A stretch of DNA of 64,000 bases from Beijerinckiaceae bacterium (GCA_965277355.1 CBDICN010000002.1:1029175-1093174); one strand, 5' to 3'; positions 9,278-20,088 are shown, numbered from the stretch's first letter. Translations and numbers: made by a program. The notes: generated from the letters alone by a model not told the origin.

Positions 9278-12013
9278 ATGAATGATACGAAGACTCCTTC
9301 CAAAACGCTGTCGCTGAAGCGACCGGTCGAGGCAGGCGTCGTAAGGCAAAGCTTCTCGCACGGCCGGACCAAGACCGTCGTCGTCGAGAAGGTGAAGCGT
9401 CGCGCCATCGGACCTGGCGAGCCCCTCGCCCCGGCCCGGGAGCCAGCGCCGCCGCTGGCGGCCAAGCCGGCCGCTGCGGCGCCCCCCACACGGGTTCCCG
9501 TTGCCGCTGCGCCTGTGCCGGCTGCCCCTGCCGTCGCAGCACCGCCACCTGCCAGCGCGGCGCCGTCGGCTGGCGCCGCGCCGCAGTCTCCGCGTGTCGC
9601 GGCCGTGGCGGCGCCACGCACGGCGACGGCGGCCCCGCGCCCCATCGCGCCGCGCTCGCCGAGCGGCGTCGTGCTGCGTACGCTGACCGAGGAGGAGCGT
9701 GACGCGCGGACCCGCGCGTTGTCCGGCGCCCGTGAGCGCGAAGAGGAAGACCGTCGCCGCGCCGAGGCCGAAGCCAAGGCGCGTACCGAACGCGAGGAGC
9801 GCGAGCGCATCGAGCGCGCTGCCGCCGAGGCTCGCAAGAAGGATGAGGAGGCACGACGCCTCCACGAATCCGAAGCCAAGCGCCGCGCCGAGGCCGAGGC
9901 GTCGCGCCGGTTTGCCGGCGGCGAGCCCGCGCCGGCCGCCTCGCCGAGCCAGGTTCGACGTCCTCCTCCGCCGTCCAGCACCGCCGCTCCCGTCGGCCTG
10001 ACACCGGCCGCGCCGCGCGCCGTGACCAGCGAAGAGGACGACAAGAAGCGCATCATCCGCCGTCCCGGTATGCCGACCAAGGTCGTGCTGCCGCCGCGCC
10101 CGACCCGCGCCGGCCCTCAGAAGGACCGCGGCCGTCTCACCGTCGCCACCGCGACCGGCGATACCGCCGAGGAGCGGACTCGTTCGATCGCCGCCTTCCG
10201 CCGTCGCACGCAGCGCCTCAAGGGTCACGTCAGCGAGCAGAAGGAGAAGATCTCCCGCGAGGTGCGGTTGCCCGAGACCATCACGATCCAGGATCTCGCC
10301 AACCGCATGTCCGAGCGCGCGGTCGACGTCATCAAGCTGCTCATGAAGCAGGGTCAGATGGCGACGATCAACGACGTGATCGACGCCGATACCGCACAGC
10401 TGATCGCCGAGGAACTCGGTCACACGGTGAAGCGTGTCGCGGAGGCGGACGTCGAGGAAGGCCTGTTCGACAGCCCGGACGGAGACGATCACCTGCTGCC
10501 GCGTCCGCCGGTCGTGACGATCATGGGTCACGTCGACCACGGCAAGACGTCGCTGCTCGACGCGCTGCGTCACGCCGACGTGCAGTCCGGCGAGGCCGGC
10601 GGCATCACGCAGCACATCGGCGCCTACCAGATCACCACGCCGGCCGGCGCGGCGGTCACCTTCATCGACACGCCCGGACACGCCGCCTTCACCCAGATGC
10701 GGGCGCGCGGCGCCAAGGTGACCGACGTCGTGGTGCTGGTGGTCGCGGCTGACGACGGCGTCATGCCGCAGACGGCGGAAGCCATCGCCCACGCCAAGGC
10801 GGCGGGCGTGCCGATCATCGTCGCCATCAACAAGATCGACAAGGCCGACGCCAAGCCCGAGCGCGTCCGCAGCGAACTGTTGCAGTACGAGATCCAGGTG
10901 GAGACCCTCGGCGGCGAGGTGCTGGAGGTCGAGGTCTCCGCCACCAAGAAGACCAACCTCGACAAGCTGCTCGAGATCATCGCGCTGCAGGCCGAACTGC
11001 TCGACCTCAAGGCCAACCCCGACCGCGCGGCGGAAGGCACCGTCATCGAATCGCGGCTCGACCGCGGTCGCGGTCCGGTCGCCACCGTGCTTGTGCAGCG
11101 TGGCACGCTGAAGGTCGGCGACCTCGTGGTCGGCGGCTCGCAATGGGGTCGCGTGCGCGCGCTCCTCGACGACACGGGCGAGAACGTGACCTCGGCCGGC
11201 CCCTCGATGCCGGTCGAGATCCTCGGCTTTTCGGGATCGCCGGAAGCCGGCGATCGAGTCGGAGTCGTCGAGAACGAGAGTCGCGCGCGCGAGATCACCG
11301 AGTACCGCGACCGTCAAAAGCGCGAGATCGCCGCCGCCCGCGTCGGCGGGACCCGCGCCTCGCTCGTCGACATGATGAGCCAGCTGAAGACGGCCGGACG
11401 CAAGGAATTCCCGCTCGTCATCAAGGGCGACGTGCAGGGATCGGTCGAAGCGATCCTCACCACGCTCGAGGAGCTCAACACCGACGAGGTCGCGGCGCGC
11501 GTTTTGCAGGCCGGCGTTGGCGGCATCACCGAATCCGACGTTACGCTCGCCGAGGCGTCGAACGCGATCATCATTGGCTTCAACGTCCGTGCGCTGAAGG
11601 AGGCGCGCACCGCCGCCGAGCAGGCCGGCGTCGAGATCCGCTACTACAACGTCATCTACAATCTCGTCGACGACGTGAAGGCGGCGATGTCGGGCATGCT
11701 CGACCCGACGTTGCGCGAGGACATGCTCGGCAATGCGCAGATCCTCGAGATCTTCGACATCTCCAAGGTCGGCAAGGTCGCCGGCTGCCGGGTGACCGAT
11801 GGCCGCGTCGAGCGCGGCGCCCATGTACGCCTCATCCGCGACAGCGTGGTCGTGCACGAGGGCATGCTCTCGACGCTCAAGCGTTTCAAGGACGAGGTCA
11901 AGGACGTCGTCGCCGGCCAGGAGTGCGGCATGGCCTTCGAGACCTACAAGGACATGCGCGTCGGCGATATCATCGAGTGCTACACCGTGACCTCGATCAA
12001 GCGATCGCTGTAG
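9278..12013 (+). CDS. infB: Translation initiation factor IF-2
   Basis: [24 protein letters not shown] GTPase motifs. Confidence 0.98.
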   Translation: MNDTKTPSKTLSLKRPVEAGVVRQSFSHGRTKTVVVEKVKRRAIGPGEPLAPAREPAPPLAAKPAAAAPPTRVPVAAAPVPAAPAVAAPPPASAAPSAGAAPQSPRVAAVAAPRTATAAPRPIAPRSPSGVVLRTLTEEERDARTRALSGAREREEEDRRRAEAEAKARTEREERERIERAAAEARKKDEEARRLHESEAKRRAEAEASRRFAGGEPAPAASPSQVRRPPPPSSTAAPVGLTPAAPRAVTSEEDDKKRIIRRPGMPTKVVLPPRPTRAGPQKDRGRLTVATATGDTAEERTRSIAAFRRRTQRLKGHVSEQKEKISREVRLPETITIQDLANRMSERAVDVIKLLMKQGQMATINDVIDADTAQLIAEELGHTVKRVAEADVEEGLFDSPDGDDHLLPRPPVVTIMGHVDHGKTSLLDALRHADVQSGEAGGITQHIGAYQITTPAGAAVTFIDTPGHAAFTQMRARGAKVTDVVVLVVAADDGVMPQTAEAIAHAKAAGVPIIVAINKIDKADAKPERVRSELLQYEIQVETLGGEVLEVEVSATKKTNLDKLLEIIALQAELLDLKANPDRAAEGTVIESRLDRGRGPVATVLVQRGTLKVGDLVVGGSQWGRVRALLDDTGENVTSAGPSMPVEILGFSGSPEAGDRVGVVENESRAREITEYRDRQKREIAAARVGGTRASLVDMMSQLKTAGRKEFPLVIKGDVQGSVEAILTTLEELNTDEVAARVLQAGVGGITESDVTLAEASNAIIIGFNVRALKEARTAAEQAGVEIRYYNVIYNLVDDVKAAMSGMLDPTLREDMLGNAQILEIFDISKVGKVAGCRVTDGRVERGAHVRLIRDSVVVHEGMLSTLKRFKDEVKDVVAGQECGMAFETYKDMRVGDIIECYTVTSIKRSL

Positions 12014-12027
12014 CGGTCGCGGTCTCA

Positions 12028-12186
12028 TCCTTCTCCCGCTCGCGGGAAGGTCTCGCCGCGAAGCGGTAACGGATGCGGGGACTCTCCGTCAGCTTCGTTG
12101 CTTCGTCAATTGAGAATCCCGTTGCGGCGCCGCTCATCCGACCTCGCCTGACGCCGGGGCCACCTTCTCCCGCAAACGCGGGAGAT
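12028..12186. repeat. Paired long palindromic intergenic element (CIR/RIME-like, family B)
   Basis: Left arm CCTTCTCCCGCTCGCGGGAAGG..GGATGCGGGG, inverted right arm CTCATCCGACC..CACCTTCTCCCGCAAACGCGGGAGA; two internal GANTC sites; related arm at 46685. Confidence 0.75.
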
Positions 12187-12219
12187 GCGATCAACGCACC
12201 AGCAAAAGACCATCGAATT

Positions 12220-12636
12220 ATGTCCCGTACCCACCAGCAGGGCGGCGAGCCGTCCCATCGCATGCTCCGCGTCGCCGAACTGATCCGGCACGCGCTGTCC
12301 GATCTTCTCGCGCGCGGCGTCGTCAACGACCCCGTGCTGAACGGTCACGTCATCACCGTGCCGGAAGTGCGGATGAGCCCGGACCTGAAGCTCGCCACCG
12401 CCTATATCATGCCGCTCGGCGGTGGCGACATCGCGCCGGTGATCGAAGCGCTCGACCGCCACCGCAAGGCGCTGCGCACCGAGATCGCCCACCGCATCGA
12501 CATGAAATTCGCGCCCGACTTGCGTTTCAAGGTCGATCAGAGCTTCGATTACGGCGCCAAGATCGACGCGCTTCTGGACTCGCCCGAAGTCAGGCGGGAC
12601 CTGACCGCCGAGGAAAAAGATAAGAGCGGCAAATGA
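12220..12636 (+). CDS. rbfA: Ribosome-binding factor A
   Basis: [39 protein letters not shown]. Confidence 0.95.
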   Translation: MSRTHQQGGEPSHRMLRVAELIRHALSDLLARGVVNDPVLNGHVITVPEVRMSPDLKLATAYIMPLGGGDIAPVIEALDRHRKALRTEIAHRIDMKFAPDLRFKVDQSFDYGAKIDALLDSPEVRRDLTAEEKDKSGK

Positions 12637-13037
12637 CCGAGGGAAAAGCTGTTCTGCTGGGTTTCCTCGCGGTCGCGGCGGCCATGGTCGCGGTTCCGGT
12701 TTTCGCATGTGTCGCGATGGTTAGGAACGAGCCACAGCCACCCGGACCGTCGGATGCCGCCCTGGTCAAGGCGTTTCTCGCCAGCAAGCCCGGGACGGAA
12801 ACGCCCATCACCGTCACCGGCATCGACCAGATCTTGCCCGCCGGCCTGCCGCAAGCTGATGCCATCCGCCTGATCAATGCCAACGGCTTTACCTGCGGCC
12901 AAGCCTCGACCGAGATCATCTGCACGCGAAGCGTCCGATGGGCCTCGGGGCTTGGTTGGTGGCACCGTCACCTGACGTTCGACAGCCGGTCGCTACTCCG
13001 CTCGAGCGTGGGTCTGAGCCGGTCGACTTTTCTATGA
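12633..13037 (+). CDS. Hypothetical membrane-anchored/secreted protein (134 aa) between rbfA and truB
   Basis: ATGA overlaps at both ends; N-terminal hydrophobic segment. Confidence 0.6.
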   Translation: MTEGKAVLLGFLAVAAAMVAVPVFACVAMVRNEPQPPGPSDAALVKAFLASKPGTETPITVTGIDQILPAGLPQADAIRLINANGFTCGQASTEIICTRSVRWASGLGWWHRHLTFDSRSLLRSSVGLSRSTFL

Positions 13038-13948
13038 TTAACCGCCAGGATCAGGTCCGCTCCAAACGCGTCGACGTCAACGGTTGGGTCGTGCTCGACA
13101 AGCCGGTGGGGATCGCCTCGACCAATGCCGTGTCGCGTTTGAAACGCATCTACAACGCCAAGAAGGCGGGTCATGCCGGCACGCTCGACCCGCTGGCCTC
13201 CGGCATCCTGCCGATCGCCTTCGGCGAGGCGACGAAGACCGTGCCCTTCGTCCAGGACGGCGAGAAGGCCTACCGCTTCACCGTCGTCTGGGGCGCCGAG
13301 ACCGACACCGACGACCGCGACGGCAGCGTCGTCGCGCGCTCGGATCTGCGCCCGAGCGAGGCGGCCGTGGCCGCCCTGCTGCCGCGCTTCATCGGCACGA
13401 TCGACCAGAAACCGCCGGCGTATTCCGCGATCAAGATCGCCGGCGAGCGGGCCTACGATCTCGCCCGCGGCGGCGAGCCGGTCGACATCGCTCCGCGCGC
13501 CGTGACGATCCACGAATTCACCATGGTCTCGATGACGGCGGACGAAACCGTCTTCGAGACGCGCTGCGGCAAGGGCACCTACGTCCGCGCGATCGCCCGG
13601 GATCTGGGTCGCGCGCTCGGCTGCCTCGGTCACGTCAAGGCACTGCGGCGCACCCGCGTCGGGCCCTTCCTGGAGGCGGACGCGGTAGCGCTCGAGGCTC
13701 TCGAGCAGCTCGGCACGGCGGAGGCGGCGTTGTTGCGCGTCGAGGCAGGTCTCGGCGAGCTCACCCGCGTCCTGATCGACCGCTCGGATGCCGCACGGTT
13801 GCGTCGAGGCCAGTCGATGCTGCTGCGCGGTGCCGATGCGCCTCCCGCCGGGAAGGCCTATGCCGCCTGTGCGGGCGTCGTGATCGCGATCGGCGCGATC
13901 GAGGGTGGCGAACTCGTCCCCGCGCGCGTCTTCAACCTACCCTTCTGA
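13034..13948 (+). CDS. truB: tRNA pseudouridine(55) synthase
   Basis: GWVVLDKP, GHAGTLDPLASG, CGKGTYVRAIARDLG. Confidence 0.97.
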   Translation: MINRQDQVRSKRVDVNGWVVLDKPVGIASTNAVSRLKRIYNAKKAGHAGTLDPLASGILPIAFGEATKTVPFVQDGEKAYRFTVVWGAETDTDDRDGSVVARSDLRPSEAAVAALLPRFIGTIDQKPPAYSAIKIAGERAYDLARGGEPVDIAPRAVTIHEFTMVSMTADETVFETRCGKGTYVRAIARDLGRALGCLGHVKALRRTRVGPFLEADAVALEALEQLGTAEAALLRVEAGLGELTRVLIDRSDAARLRRGQSMLLRGADAPPAGKAYAACAGVVIAIGAIEGGELVPARVFNLPF

Positions 13949-14060
13949 CCCGGACCGCCGCGGAGGCAAAACGCCGCGCGGGAACGGCACGAGTGGCACG
14001 ATCCCCTCGCACGGGCGCGCGATCCGGCCTAAGCTTGGGGCATCATCGGAGAATGGCGCC

Positions 14061-14531
14061 ATGAGTAAGCTCCGCGTTTTGGCCGCGGCCACCGCCTTCG
14101 TGTTCGCGCTGGCACCTGCCGCGCGGGCGACGACGCTCCCGGACGACGAGACCACGAGGGGGAAGGGCGGCGCCGACGATGCCGCGACGAAGAGCGAGAT
14201 CGAGTCGGTGATCACCAAGCAGCTCGACGCGCTGCGCCGGGGCGATGCGGCAGGCGCCGAAGCGTTCGCCGCGCCGGCGATCCAGGAGCAGTTCGGCGAG
14301 CCGGACAAGTTCATTGACATGGTCAAGGAGCATTACGCGGCCTTGATCAATCCCAAGAGCACGTCCTTCGGCGAAACAGCCGCTTCGCCGCACGGCCCGC
14401 TTCAGAAGGTGACCGTCGTGGCCGCGGACGGCACGGTGTGGACGGCGGTCTACTCCTTCGAGCGCGTCAGCGGCGCGTGGCGCATCAGCGGGGTGGGACT
14501 GATGAAGAACGAAGGTCAGCAGGACATCTGA
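14061..14531 (+). CDS. DUF4864-like secreted protein
   Basis: Signal peptide; VITKQLDALRRGD...FAAPAIQEQFGEPDKFIDMV...Y, WRISGV. Confidence 0.7.
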   Translation: MSKLRVLAAATAFVFALAPAARATTLPDDETTRGKGGADDAATKSEIESVITKQLDALRRGDAAGAEAFAAPAIQEQFGEPDKFIDMVKEHYAALINPKSTSFGETAASPHGPLQKVTVVAADGTVWTAVYSFERVSGAWRISGVGLMKNEGQQDI

Positions 14532-14538
14532 CGCAACT

Positions 14539-14847
14539 TCAATCGTCCTCGCCGAAGCGACGCGTGACGAGGGCCTCGATCGCGTCGAGCGCTTCCCGCG
14601 CCTGGGCACCGCGAGCGGCGACCGTGATGATGCAGCCGATGCCGGCTCCGAGCGTGAGGATCCCCATGATCGACGTGCCGCCCACCGTCTCGCCATGACG
14701 CGTCACGGTTACCTCGGCGTCGTAGCCCTCCACGAGCTGAACGAATTTGGCGGTGGCCCGCGCGTGCAGCCCTTTGCGATTGATGATCTCGATCTCGCGC
14801 GTGATGATCGGGCGGTCGGTCTCGCCGGAGCCGGCTTCCATCGTCAT
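14539..14847 (-). CDS. ptsH: HPr/NPr phosphocarrier protein
   Basis: GLHARATAKFV (His15 motif), TSIMGILTL (Ser46 motif). Confidence 0.92.
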   Translation of the reverse strand: MTMEAGSGETDRPIITREIEIINRKGLHARATAKFVQLVEGYDAEVTVTRHGETVGGTSIMGILTLGAGIGCIITVAARGAQAREALDAIEALVTRRFGEDD

Positions 14848-15245
14848 TTTCCGCTGAGAACGCGGCTCGCGACGTAGATGTACTTGCGCCCGGCGTCCTG
14901 CGCCTGGATGACCGCCTGTTCGAGACTCGCCGCGTCCCGCACAGAGGCGAGCTTGATCAGCATCGGCAGGTTGATACCGGCGACCACTTCGACGTGGTGG
15001 CCGTTCATGACCGATATTGCGAGGTTGGACGGCGTGCCGCCGAACATATCGGTCAGCAGCACCACGCCGGCCCCGCTGTCGACGGAGCTGACGGCATCGA
15101 TGATGTCGCCGCGACGGCGCTCGATGTCATCCTCGGGTCCGATCGAGATCGTGGCGACCTGCTTCTGAGGCCCGACGACGTGCTCGAGCGCGGCGCGAAA
15201 CTGGGTCGCAAGCTCGCCATGTGTGACGAGTACCATTCCGATCAT
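14844..15245 (-). CDS. PTS EIIA component, mannose/fructose type (ManX-like)
   Basis: MIGMVLVTHG, LLTDMFGGTPSN, GINLPML. Confidence 0.93.
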   Translation of the reverse strand: MIGMVLVTHGELATQFRAALEHVVGPQKQVATISIGPEDDIERRRGDIIDAVSSVDSGAGVVLLTDMFGGTPSNLAISVMNGHHVEVVAGINLPMLIKLASVRDAASLEQAVIQAQDAGRKYIYVASRVLSGK

Positions 15246-15454
15246 GGCCGGCAACGCGCCCATCGGGCCCCTCTCGCCGCTTGCTCGCCGGTCGCAATCC
15301 GACGTCTACCCACGGGAAACACTCTCACAGGATCAGCTTGCCCGGAACGTCATGGCCGGAAGGCGGGTATATATGAGCCCGCTTTTCTTACCAATTCTAA
15401 TCTTATGTGACGGATTAGCGCCGCCACGCTTCGTTTCCGGCACACCTGTGGTGC

Positions 15455-15961
15455 TTATGCCGCGCGCATGATGCCGCTCCACCAGCCGAGCACCGCATCG
15501 CGTTGATCTGCAATGGCAATTGTTCTTACGATCGCGAGGACGGGAAAGTTCTTCCGGCCGATCAAGCACGTGGTCTTAGGTCCGATCGCAGCGGGCTCGG
15601 CGATACCCTCGACGAGATCGACGACGCAACCCACCAAGGCTTCGCTCACGAACGGCACGGCGACGATCCCCAGGCCGCGCCGCTCGATGAATCCGGCGAT
15701 CCGCGGGTGCGGACGCACCACGACGGACCCCTGCACCCGGGAAAGTAGAACGCGGTCGTCGCCCACCAGAACGATGGGTCGCCGCCTTGTGGAAACCGCG
15801 ATGAGGCCCAACGCAAGCCGGCTCTTGCCGGCCTTGGATGGCGCTCGGATCAGCAGCGCACGCGAGCCGATCGCGACTGCGGTCGCATGAACCGCGGCCG
15901 GCCTCCGATCGAAGGCGTCGCCGCAACCGGACACCGTGCGATCAGCATCGTGCTGGTCCAT
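15455..15961 (-). CDS. hprK: HPr kinase/phosphorylase, short alphaproteobacterial type, divergent
   Basis: VHATAVAIG, APSKAGKS P-loop, LVGDDRV, IERRGLGIV; upstream of EIIA/HPr; start uncertain. Confidence 0.75.
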   Translation of the reverse strand: MDQHDADRTVSGCGDAFDRRPAAVHATAVAIGSRALLIRAPSKAGKSRLALGLIAVSTRRRPIVLVGDDRVLLSRVQGSVVVRPHPRIAGFIERRGLGIVAVPFVSEALVGCVVDLVEGIAEPAAIGPKTTCLIGRKNFPVLAIVRTIAIADQRDAVLGWWSGIMRAA

Positions 15962-16013
15962 GGTTTGGAGAAGCTCCGATTGAGATTGGTCCAAAGCGTC
16001 TGTCGGGTTGGTG

Positions 16014-16032
16014 CTAGGGTCAAAACTCAATT
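16014..16032 (-). mobile_element. Possible IS5-family right-end relic (AATTGAGTTTTGACCCTAG)
   Basis: Resembles the ...TGAGTCnnnCCCTAG ends of IS5-family elements; marks the edge of the HxlR/SDR insert. Confidence 0.3.
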
Positions 16033-16080
16033 GCGATGACAGCCAAGCCGCTGTCATCGGTCATATGCAAGATGCCGGAC

Positions 16081-16476
16081 TTAAGGCTGCGGTTTGATTT
16101 GGAAGTGGCACCAACCTACGCGGGCTTCCTGTTGTGACGAGCGCGCGATCATGATCTCCTCGACTTGAACTCGATGCGCGTTACCCCACTCGCAAAGCGG
16201 CATGAGTGCTCGCACGAGCGTCATGCCGAAAGGGGTCATGGTGTAGTCCACCATCGGTGGCACCCGCTGGTAGTCGTGGCGGACCAGCACGCCCGCTGCG
16301 ACCAGCTCGCGCAGCTGCTGGATCAGCACCTTCTCACTGATGCCCGCGACCAGCCGCCTGAGGTCCCCGAACCGCTTGGGGCCTGAGTTGAGGTGGTAGA
16401 GGATCAGCGGCTTCCATTTCCCGCCCATCACCGCCAACGCGACATCGAGGCCGCACACAGGTTCTCCGGTCGTCAT
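16081..16476 (-). CDS. HxlR-family winged-helix regulator
   Basis: CGLDVALAVMGGKWKPLILYHL, GISEKVLIQQLREL, PPMVDYTMT. Confidence 0.9.
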   Translation of the reverse strand: MTTGEPVCGLDVALAVMGGKWKPLILYHLNSGPKRFGDLRRLVAGISEKVLIQQLRELVAAGVLVRHDYQRVPPMVDYTMTPFGMTLVRALMPLCEWGNAHRVQVEEIMIARSSQQEARVGWCHFQIKPQP

Positions 16477-16567
16477 GATCCCACTCCCATACTTACCTTT
16501 AGGTAGGTTCTACCGTGGCTGAGGGTGATGGTCCATATCGCGTCCGTCAGCGGACAGGAGACAGCGT

Positions 16568-17317
16568 ATGGATAGGCTCAGGGGCAAAGTGGCGGTCATC
16601 ACGGGCGCCAGCAGCGGCATAGGGCTGGCGAGCGCGAAGCGCTTCGCTCGTGAGGGCGCGCGCGTGTTCATGACCGGTCGACGACAGGCTGAACTCGACG
16701 CGGCAGTGGCCGCGGTCGGAGGCAACGCCCGTGGAATCCAGGGCGACATCGCGAACTTGGGCGAACTCGATCGGCTCTACGGTATCGTGCGTGAGGAGGC
16801 TGGGCAGATCGACGTTCTGTTCGCGAACGCCGGCGGCGGCGAGTTCCTTTCGCTACCCGAGATCACGGAGGAGCACTACGACCGCACCTTCGCCAGCAAC
16901 GTCAAGGGCACGCTGTTCACCGTGCAGAAAGCGCTGCCGCTTCTGCGCGACGGTGCGTCTGTGATCCTGACCGGATCGACGGCCGGCAACACGGGGGTGC
17001 CGTCATTCAGCGTATACAGTGCAAGCAAGGCGGCCATTCGCAACTTCGCCCGAAGTTGGATCCAGGAGCTGGCACCACGCCGCATCCGCGTGAATGTGCT
17101 CGTGCCGGGCGCGACGTCCACACCGGGCTTCCATGGACTCACCAAAACCGAGGAGCAGAACCGCGGATTTGTGGCTGCCTCGGAAGCGGCGGCGCCGCTC
17201 GGCCGGATGGGTGATCCCGACGAAATAGCTGCTGCGGCTCTCTTCCTCGCTTCGGATGACAGCAGCTACGTCACCGGCAGCGAGTTGTTCGCCGACGGTG
17301 GTTCAGCTCAGGTATAG
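16568..17317 (+). CDS. SDR family oxidoreductase
   Basis: TGASSGIG, NAG, YSASK; divergent from the HxlR gene. Confidence 0.93.
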   Translation: MDRLRGKVAVITGASSGIGLASAKRFAREGARVFMTGRRQAELDAAVAAVGGNARGIQGDIANLGELDRLYGIVREEAGQIDVLFANAGGGEFLSLPEITEEHYDRTFASNVKGTLFTVQKALPLLRDGASVILTGSTAGNTGVPSFSVYSASKAAIRNFARSWIQELAPRRIRVNVLVPGATSTPGFHGLTKTEEQNRGFVAASEAAAPLGRMGDPDEIAAAALFLASDDSSYVTGSELFADGGSAQV

Positions 17318-17348
17318 CGGGACTGTCCTGAACCCACCTTCGACGCCA

Positions 17349-17505
17349 TCAGCACCAGAACGCAACAACGGCGGCGAGCGCGACGGCGGAGGCGAAGTTG
17401 GCCGCAAGCTTGTCGTAGCGGGTGCCGACGCGCCTGAAATCCTTCAGGCGGCAGATCGCGGCCTCGATGCGCCAGCGGTCGCGGTAGCGCGCCGATACGT
17501 CTGGA
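17349..17505 (-). pseudogene. IS5-family transposase C-terminal fragment
   Basis: YRDRWRIEAAICRLKDFRRVGTRYDKLAANFASAVALAAVVAFWC*; only about 50 codons, directly after the chvG stop. Confidence 0.8.
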
Positions 17506-17514
17506 CTGGATGGA

Positions 17515-19356
17515 TCAGAACTCGCGGTTCGCGGCCGGAAGCCATACCGTGAAGCGCGCACCGATGATCGCGTTCGTCTCGCCGTCGACGTCGTGGACCG
17601 GCTCGGTCCTGTTGACGCCCGAGACGTGGCCGCCGTGCGCCTCGACGATCTGGCGTGAGATCGACAGACCGAGCCCGGAATTCTGCCCGAAGCCGTGGTC
17701 GGGCCGATCGGTGTAGAAACGCTCGAAGATGCGTTCGAAGGCGTCGGCCGGAATGCCGGGACCGTCGTCGTCGACGATGATCTCGAACCCATGATGCGGC
17801 GAGCCGCCTGTCGGCGATGCACTTCGCAGCGGCCCGATGGAGACGCGCACGCGGCCGCCGTCCTTCGAGAAGGATCGCGCGTTGTCGATGAGATTGTTGA
17901 AGACCTGCCCCAGACGAGAATCGTAGCCTAGCACCGTGTAGGTGTCGGACGGCTCGTCCGTCAGCGCCTTCACGTCAAGGCTGACGCGGATGCCGTTTTT
18001 GCCGATGCCGTTGGCGACCGCCACCACCGCCTCCAGCACCTGAACCAGGTCGACCTCGCGATCGTCGGCGCGCGCCAGTTCGGCATCGAGCCGCGACGCG
18101 TCGGAGATGTCGCTGATCAGGCGGTCGAGCCGTTTGACATCGTGCTGGATGATGGCGAGCAGACGCTCCTGCGCCGACGATGTTCGCGCGATCGGCAGTG
18201 TCTCGACGGCGCTGCGCAGCGACGTCAGCGGGTTCTTCAACTCGTGCGCCACATCGGCGGCGAAACGCTCGATCGCCTCGATGCGGTTGTAGAGCGCCTT
18301 GGTCATGTCGCGCAGCGAGCCGGAAAGATGACCGATCTCGTCCTCGCGCCCGGTGAAATCCGGGATCTCCTGACGCGATTTGGTACCGCGGCGTACGCGG
18401 TCGGCCGCTTCGGCGAGCCGGCGCATCGGCTCGGCGATGGTGCCGGCGAGGAACAGCGACAGCAGGAACATGATGACGGCGGAGATGAGGAAGATGCGCA
18501 CGATCGCCCAGCGCTCGGTCGCGATGATCGAATCGATGTCGCCACCGAGGGTCGAGAGCAGCAGTGCCCCCTTGACCGAACGCAGCTGCATGATCGGCAC
18601 CGCGACCGAGATGATCGTGTCGCCTTTCGCGTTCACGCGCACCACGTTCTGGACGTTGCCCTTGAGAGCGTCGGCGACTTCCGGCAGAGTCTGGCCGTTG
18701 CGGCCCGAGAATTCCGCGGCCTGTGGCGCATCGGTCTTGCCGAAACGGCCCTTGACCGCGTTCCAAGTGCGCTCGATCAACGTCATCGCCTCGTCTGGCG
18801 CCGGGCTGGCCGGGAGTTCGGAGCGTTGGATCGAATCGCGATGGTTGAAGGACCGCGAATCGAGGAGCAGGTAGCCCTCGTAGTCGAAGATGCGTGCCCG
18901 CGTCCGCGTCGGCAGCACGAGCTGGCGCAGGACCGGACCGATCCGCTCCGGGTTGATCGAGAATTCGAGCGAGGGGCTCGCGTCGTCCTGGGCCTTGGTG
19001 CTCTGCCCCGGCGCAAGCTGCAGCAATTTTTCGGGATCGACCTGAATGGTATCCGTCTCGACGCTCGCCGACCCGGAGATCGCCGCGGCGATGATCTCGC
19101 CCTGGGTCTGCAGGCTCTGCACGCGGGCATCGATCAGGCCCTCGCGGAACTGATTGACGTAAAGGAAGGCCACCGCGAGCGCGACCAGGCCGCCGAGGTT
19201 GAGGAAAACGATTCGTCGCGTGAGCGAGGAGGCGAACCGCGCGGAAAGAATCCGGATGAGAGCGCGGCTTCTGCGGGACAGCCCGCGCTTCATCAGGCGC
19301 CGGCGGCGACCGGCGACGGCAAGCGCCTCAGGCAGTGAGTGCGCGCCGAGACTCAC
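17515..19356 (-). CDS. chvG: Sensor histidine kinase ChvG/ExoS
   Basis: SSLTRRIVFLNLGGL, QFREGLIDARVQSL, DVAHELKNPLTSLRSA, NSGLGLSISRQIVEAH; start could be 19293. Confidence 0.93.
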   Translation of the reverse strand: MSLGAHSLPEALAVAGRRRRLMKRGLSRRSRALIRILSARFASSLTRRIVFLNLGGLVALAVAFLYVNQFREGLIDARVQSLQTQGEIIAAAISGSASVETDTIQVDPEKLLQLAPGQSTKAQDDASPSLEFSINPERIGPVLRQLVLPTRTRARIFDYEGYLLLDSRSFNHRDSIQRSELPASPAPDEAMTLIERTWNAVKGRFGKTDAPQAAEFSGRNGQTLPEVADALKGNVQNVVRVNAKGDTIISVAVPIMQLRSVKGALLLSTLGGDIDSIIATERWAIVRIFLISAVIMFLLSLFLAGTIAEPMRRLAEAADRVRRGTKSRQEIPDFTGREDEIGHLSGSLRDMTKALYNRIEAIERFAADVAHELKNPLTSLRSAVETLPIARTSSAQERLLAIIQHDVKRLDRLISDISDASRLDAELARADDREVDLVQVLEAVVAVANGIGKNGIRVSLDVKALTDEPSDTYTVLGYDSRLGQVFNNLIDNARSFSKDGGRVRVSIGPLRSASPTGGSPHHGFEIIVDDDGPGIPADAFERIFERFYTDRPDHGFGQNSGLGLSISRQIVEAHGGHVSGVNRTEPVHDVDGETNAIIGARFTVWLPAANREF

Positions 19357-19392
19357 CGCGCGCGATCGGCAGAAAATAGACCCAACCCGACG

Positions 19393-20088
19393 CTATTCCT
19401 TGAAACGATAGCCGACACCATACAGCGTCTCGATCATCTCGAAATCGTCATCCACCGACTTGAACTTCTTGCGCAGCCGCTTGATGTGGCTGTCGATGGT
19501 GCGGTCGTCGACGTAGACCTGATCGTCGTAGGCGGCATCCATCAGCGCGTTGCGGCTCTTCACGACACCCGGGCGGGTGGCGAGGGCCTGAAGAATGAGG
19601 AACTCGGTGACGGTCAGCGTCACCGGATCGTTCTTCCAGGTGCAGGTGTGACGCTCCGGGTCCATCTTGAGGAGACCGCGCTCGAGGACCTTGGCCTCCG
19701 ACTCCTTCTGGGCCGCCGCTTCCTTCGGATTGGCGCGCCGCAGGATCGCTTTCACCCGCTCCACGAGCAGGCGCTGCGAGAACGGCTTTCGGATAAAGTC
19801 GTCCGCGCCCATCTTGAGACCGAACAGTTCGTCGATCTCTTCATCCTTCGAGGTCAGAAAGATCACCGGCACATCGGACTTTTGCCGAAGCCGGCGCAAC
19901 AGTTCCATGCCGTCCATGCGGGGCATCTTGATATCGAAGATCGCGAGGTCCGGCGGGTTGGTCTTGAGCCCGTCGAGCGCCATCGAACCGTCGGTGTAGG
20001 TCTGCACCCTATATCCTTCGCCCTCGAGGGCGATCGACACGGAGGTCAGGATATTGCGGTCGTCGTCGACCAAAGCGATGTTCGGCAT
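19393..20088 (-). CDS. chvI: Response regulator ChvI
   Basis: [39 protein letters not shown]. Confidence 0.96.
   Translation of the reverse strand: MPNIALVDDDRNILTSVSIALEGEGYRVQTYTDGSMALDGLKTNPPDLAIFDIKMPRMDGMELLRRLRQKSDVPVIFLTSKDEEIDELFGLKMGADDFIRKPFSQRLLVERVKAILRRANPKEAAAQKESEAKVLERGLLKMDPERHTCTWKNDPVTLTVTEFLILQALATRPGVVKSRNALMDAAYDDQVYVDDRTIDSHIKRLRKKFKSVDDDFEMIETLYGVGYRFKE

Noticed and set aside
9062-12028. 988-aa minus-strand ORF (and similar long ORFs such as 52919-55939, 53229-55910, 31210-33066, 61670-63610)
   Set aside because: Antisense or alternate-frame shadows of well-supported genes; expected at this GC content; no recognisable motifs.
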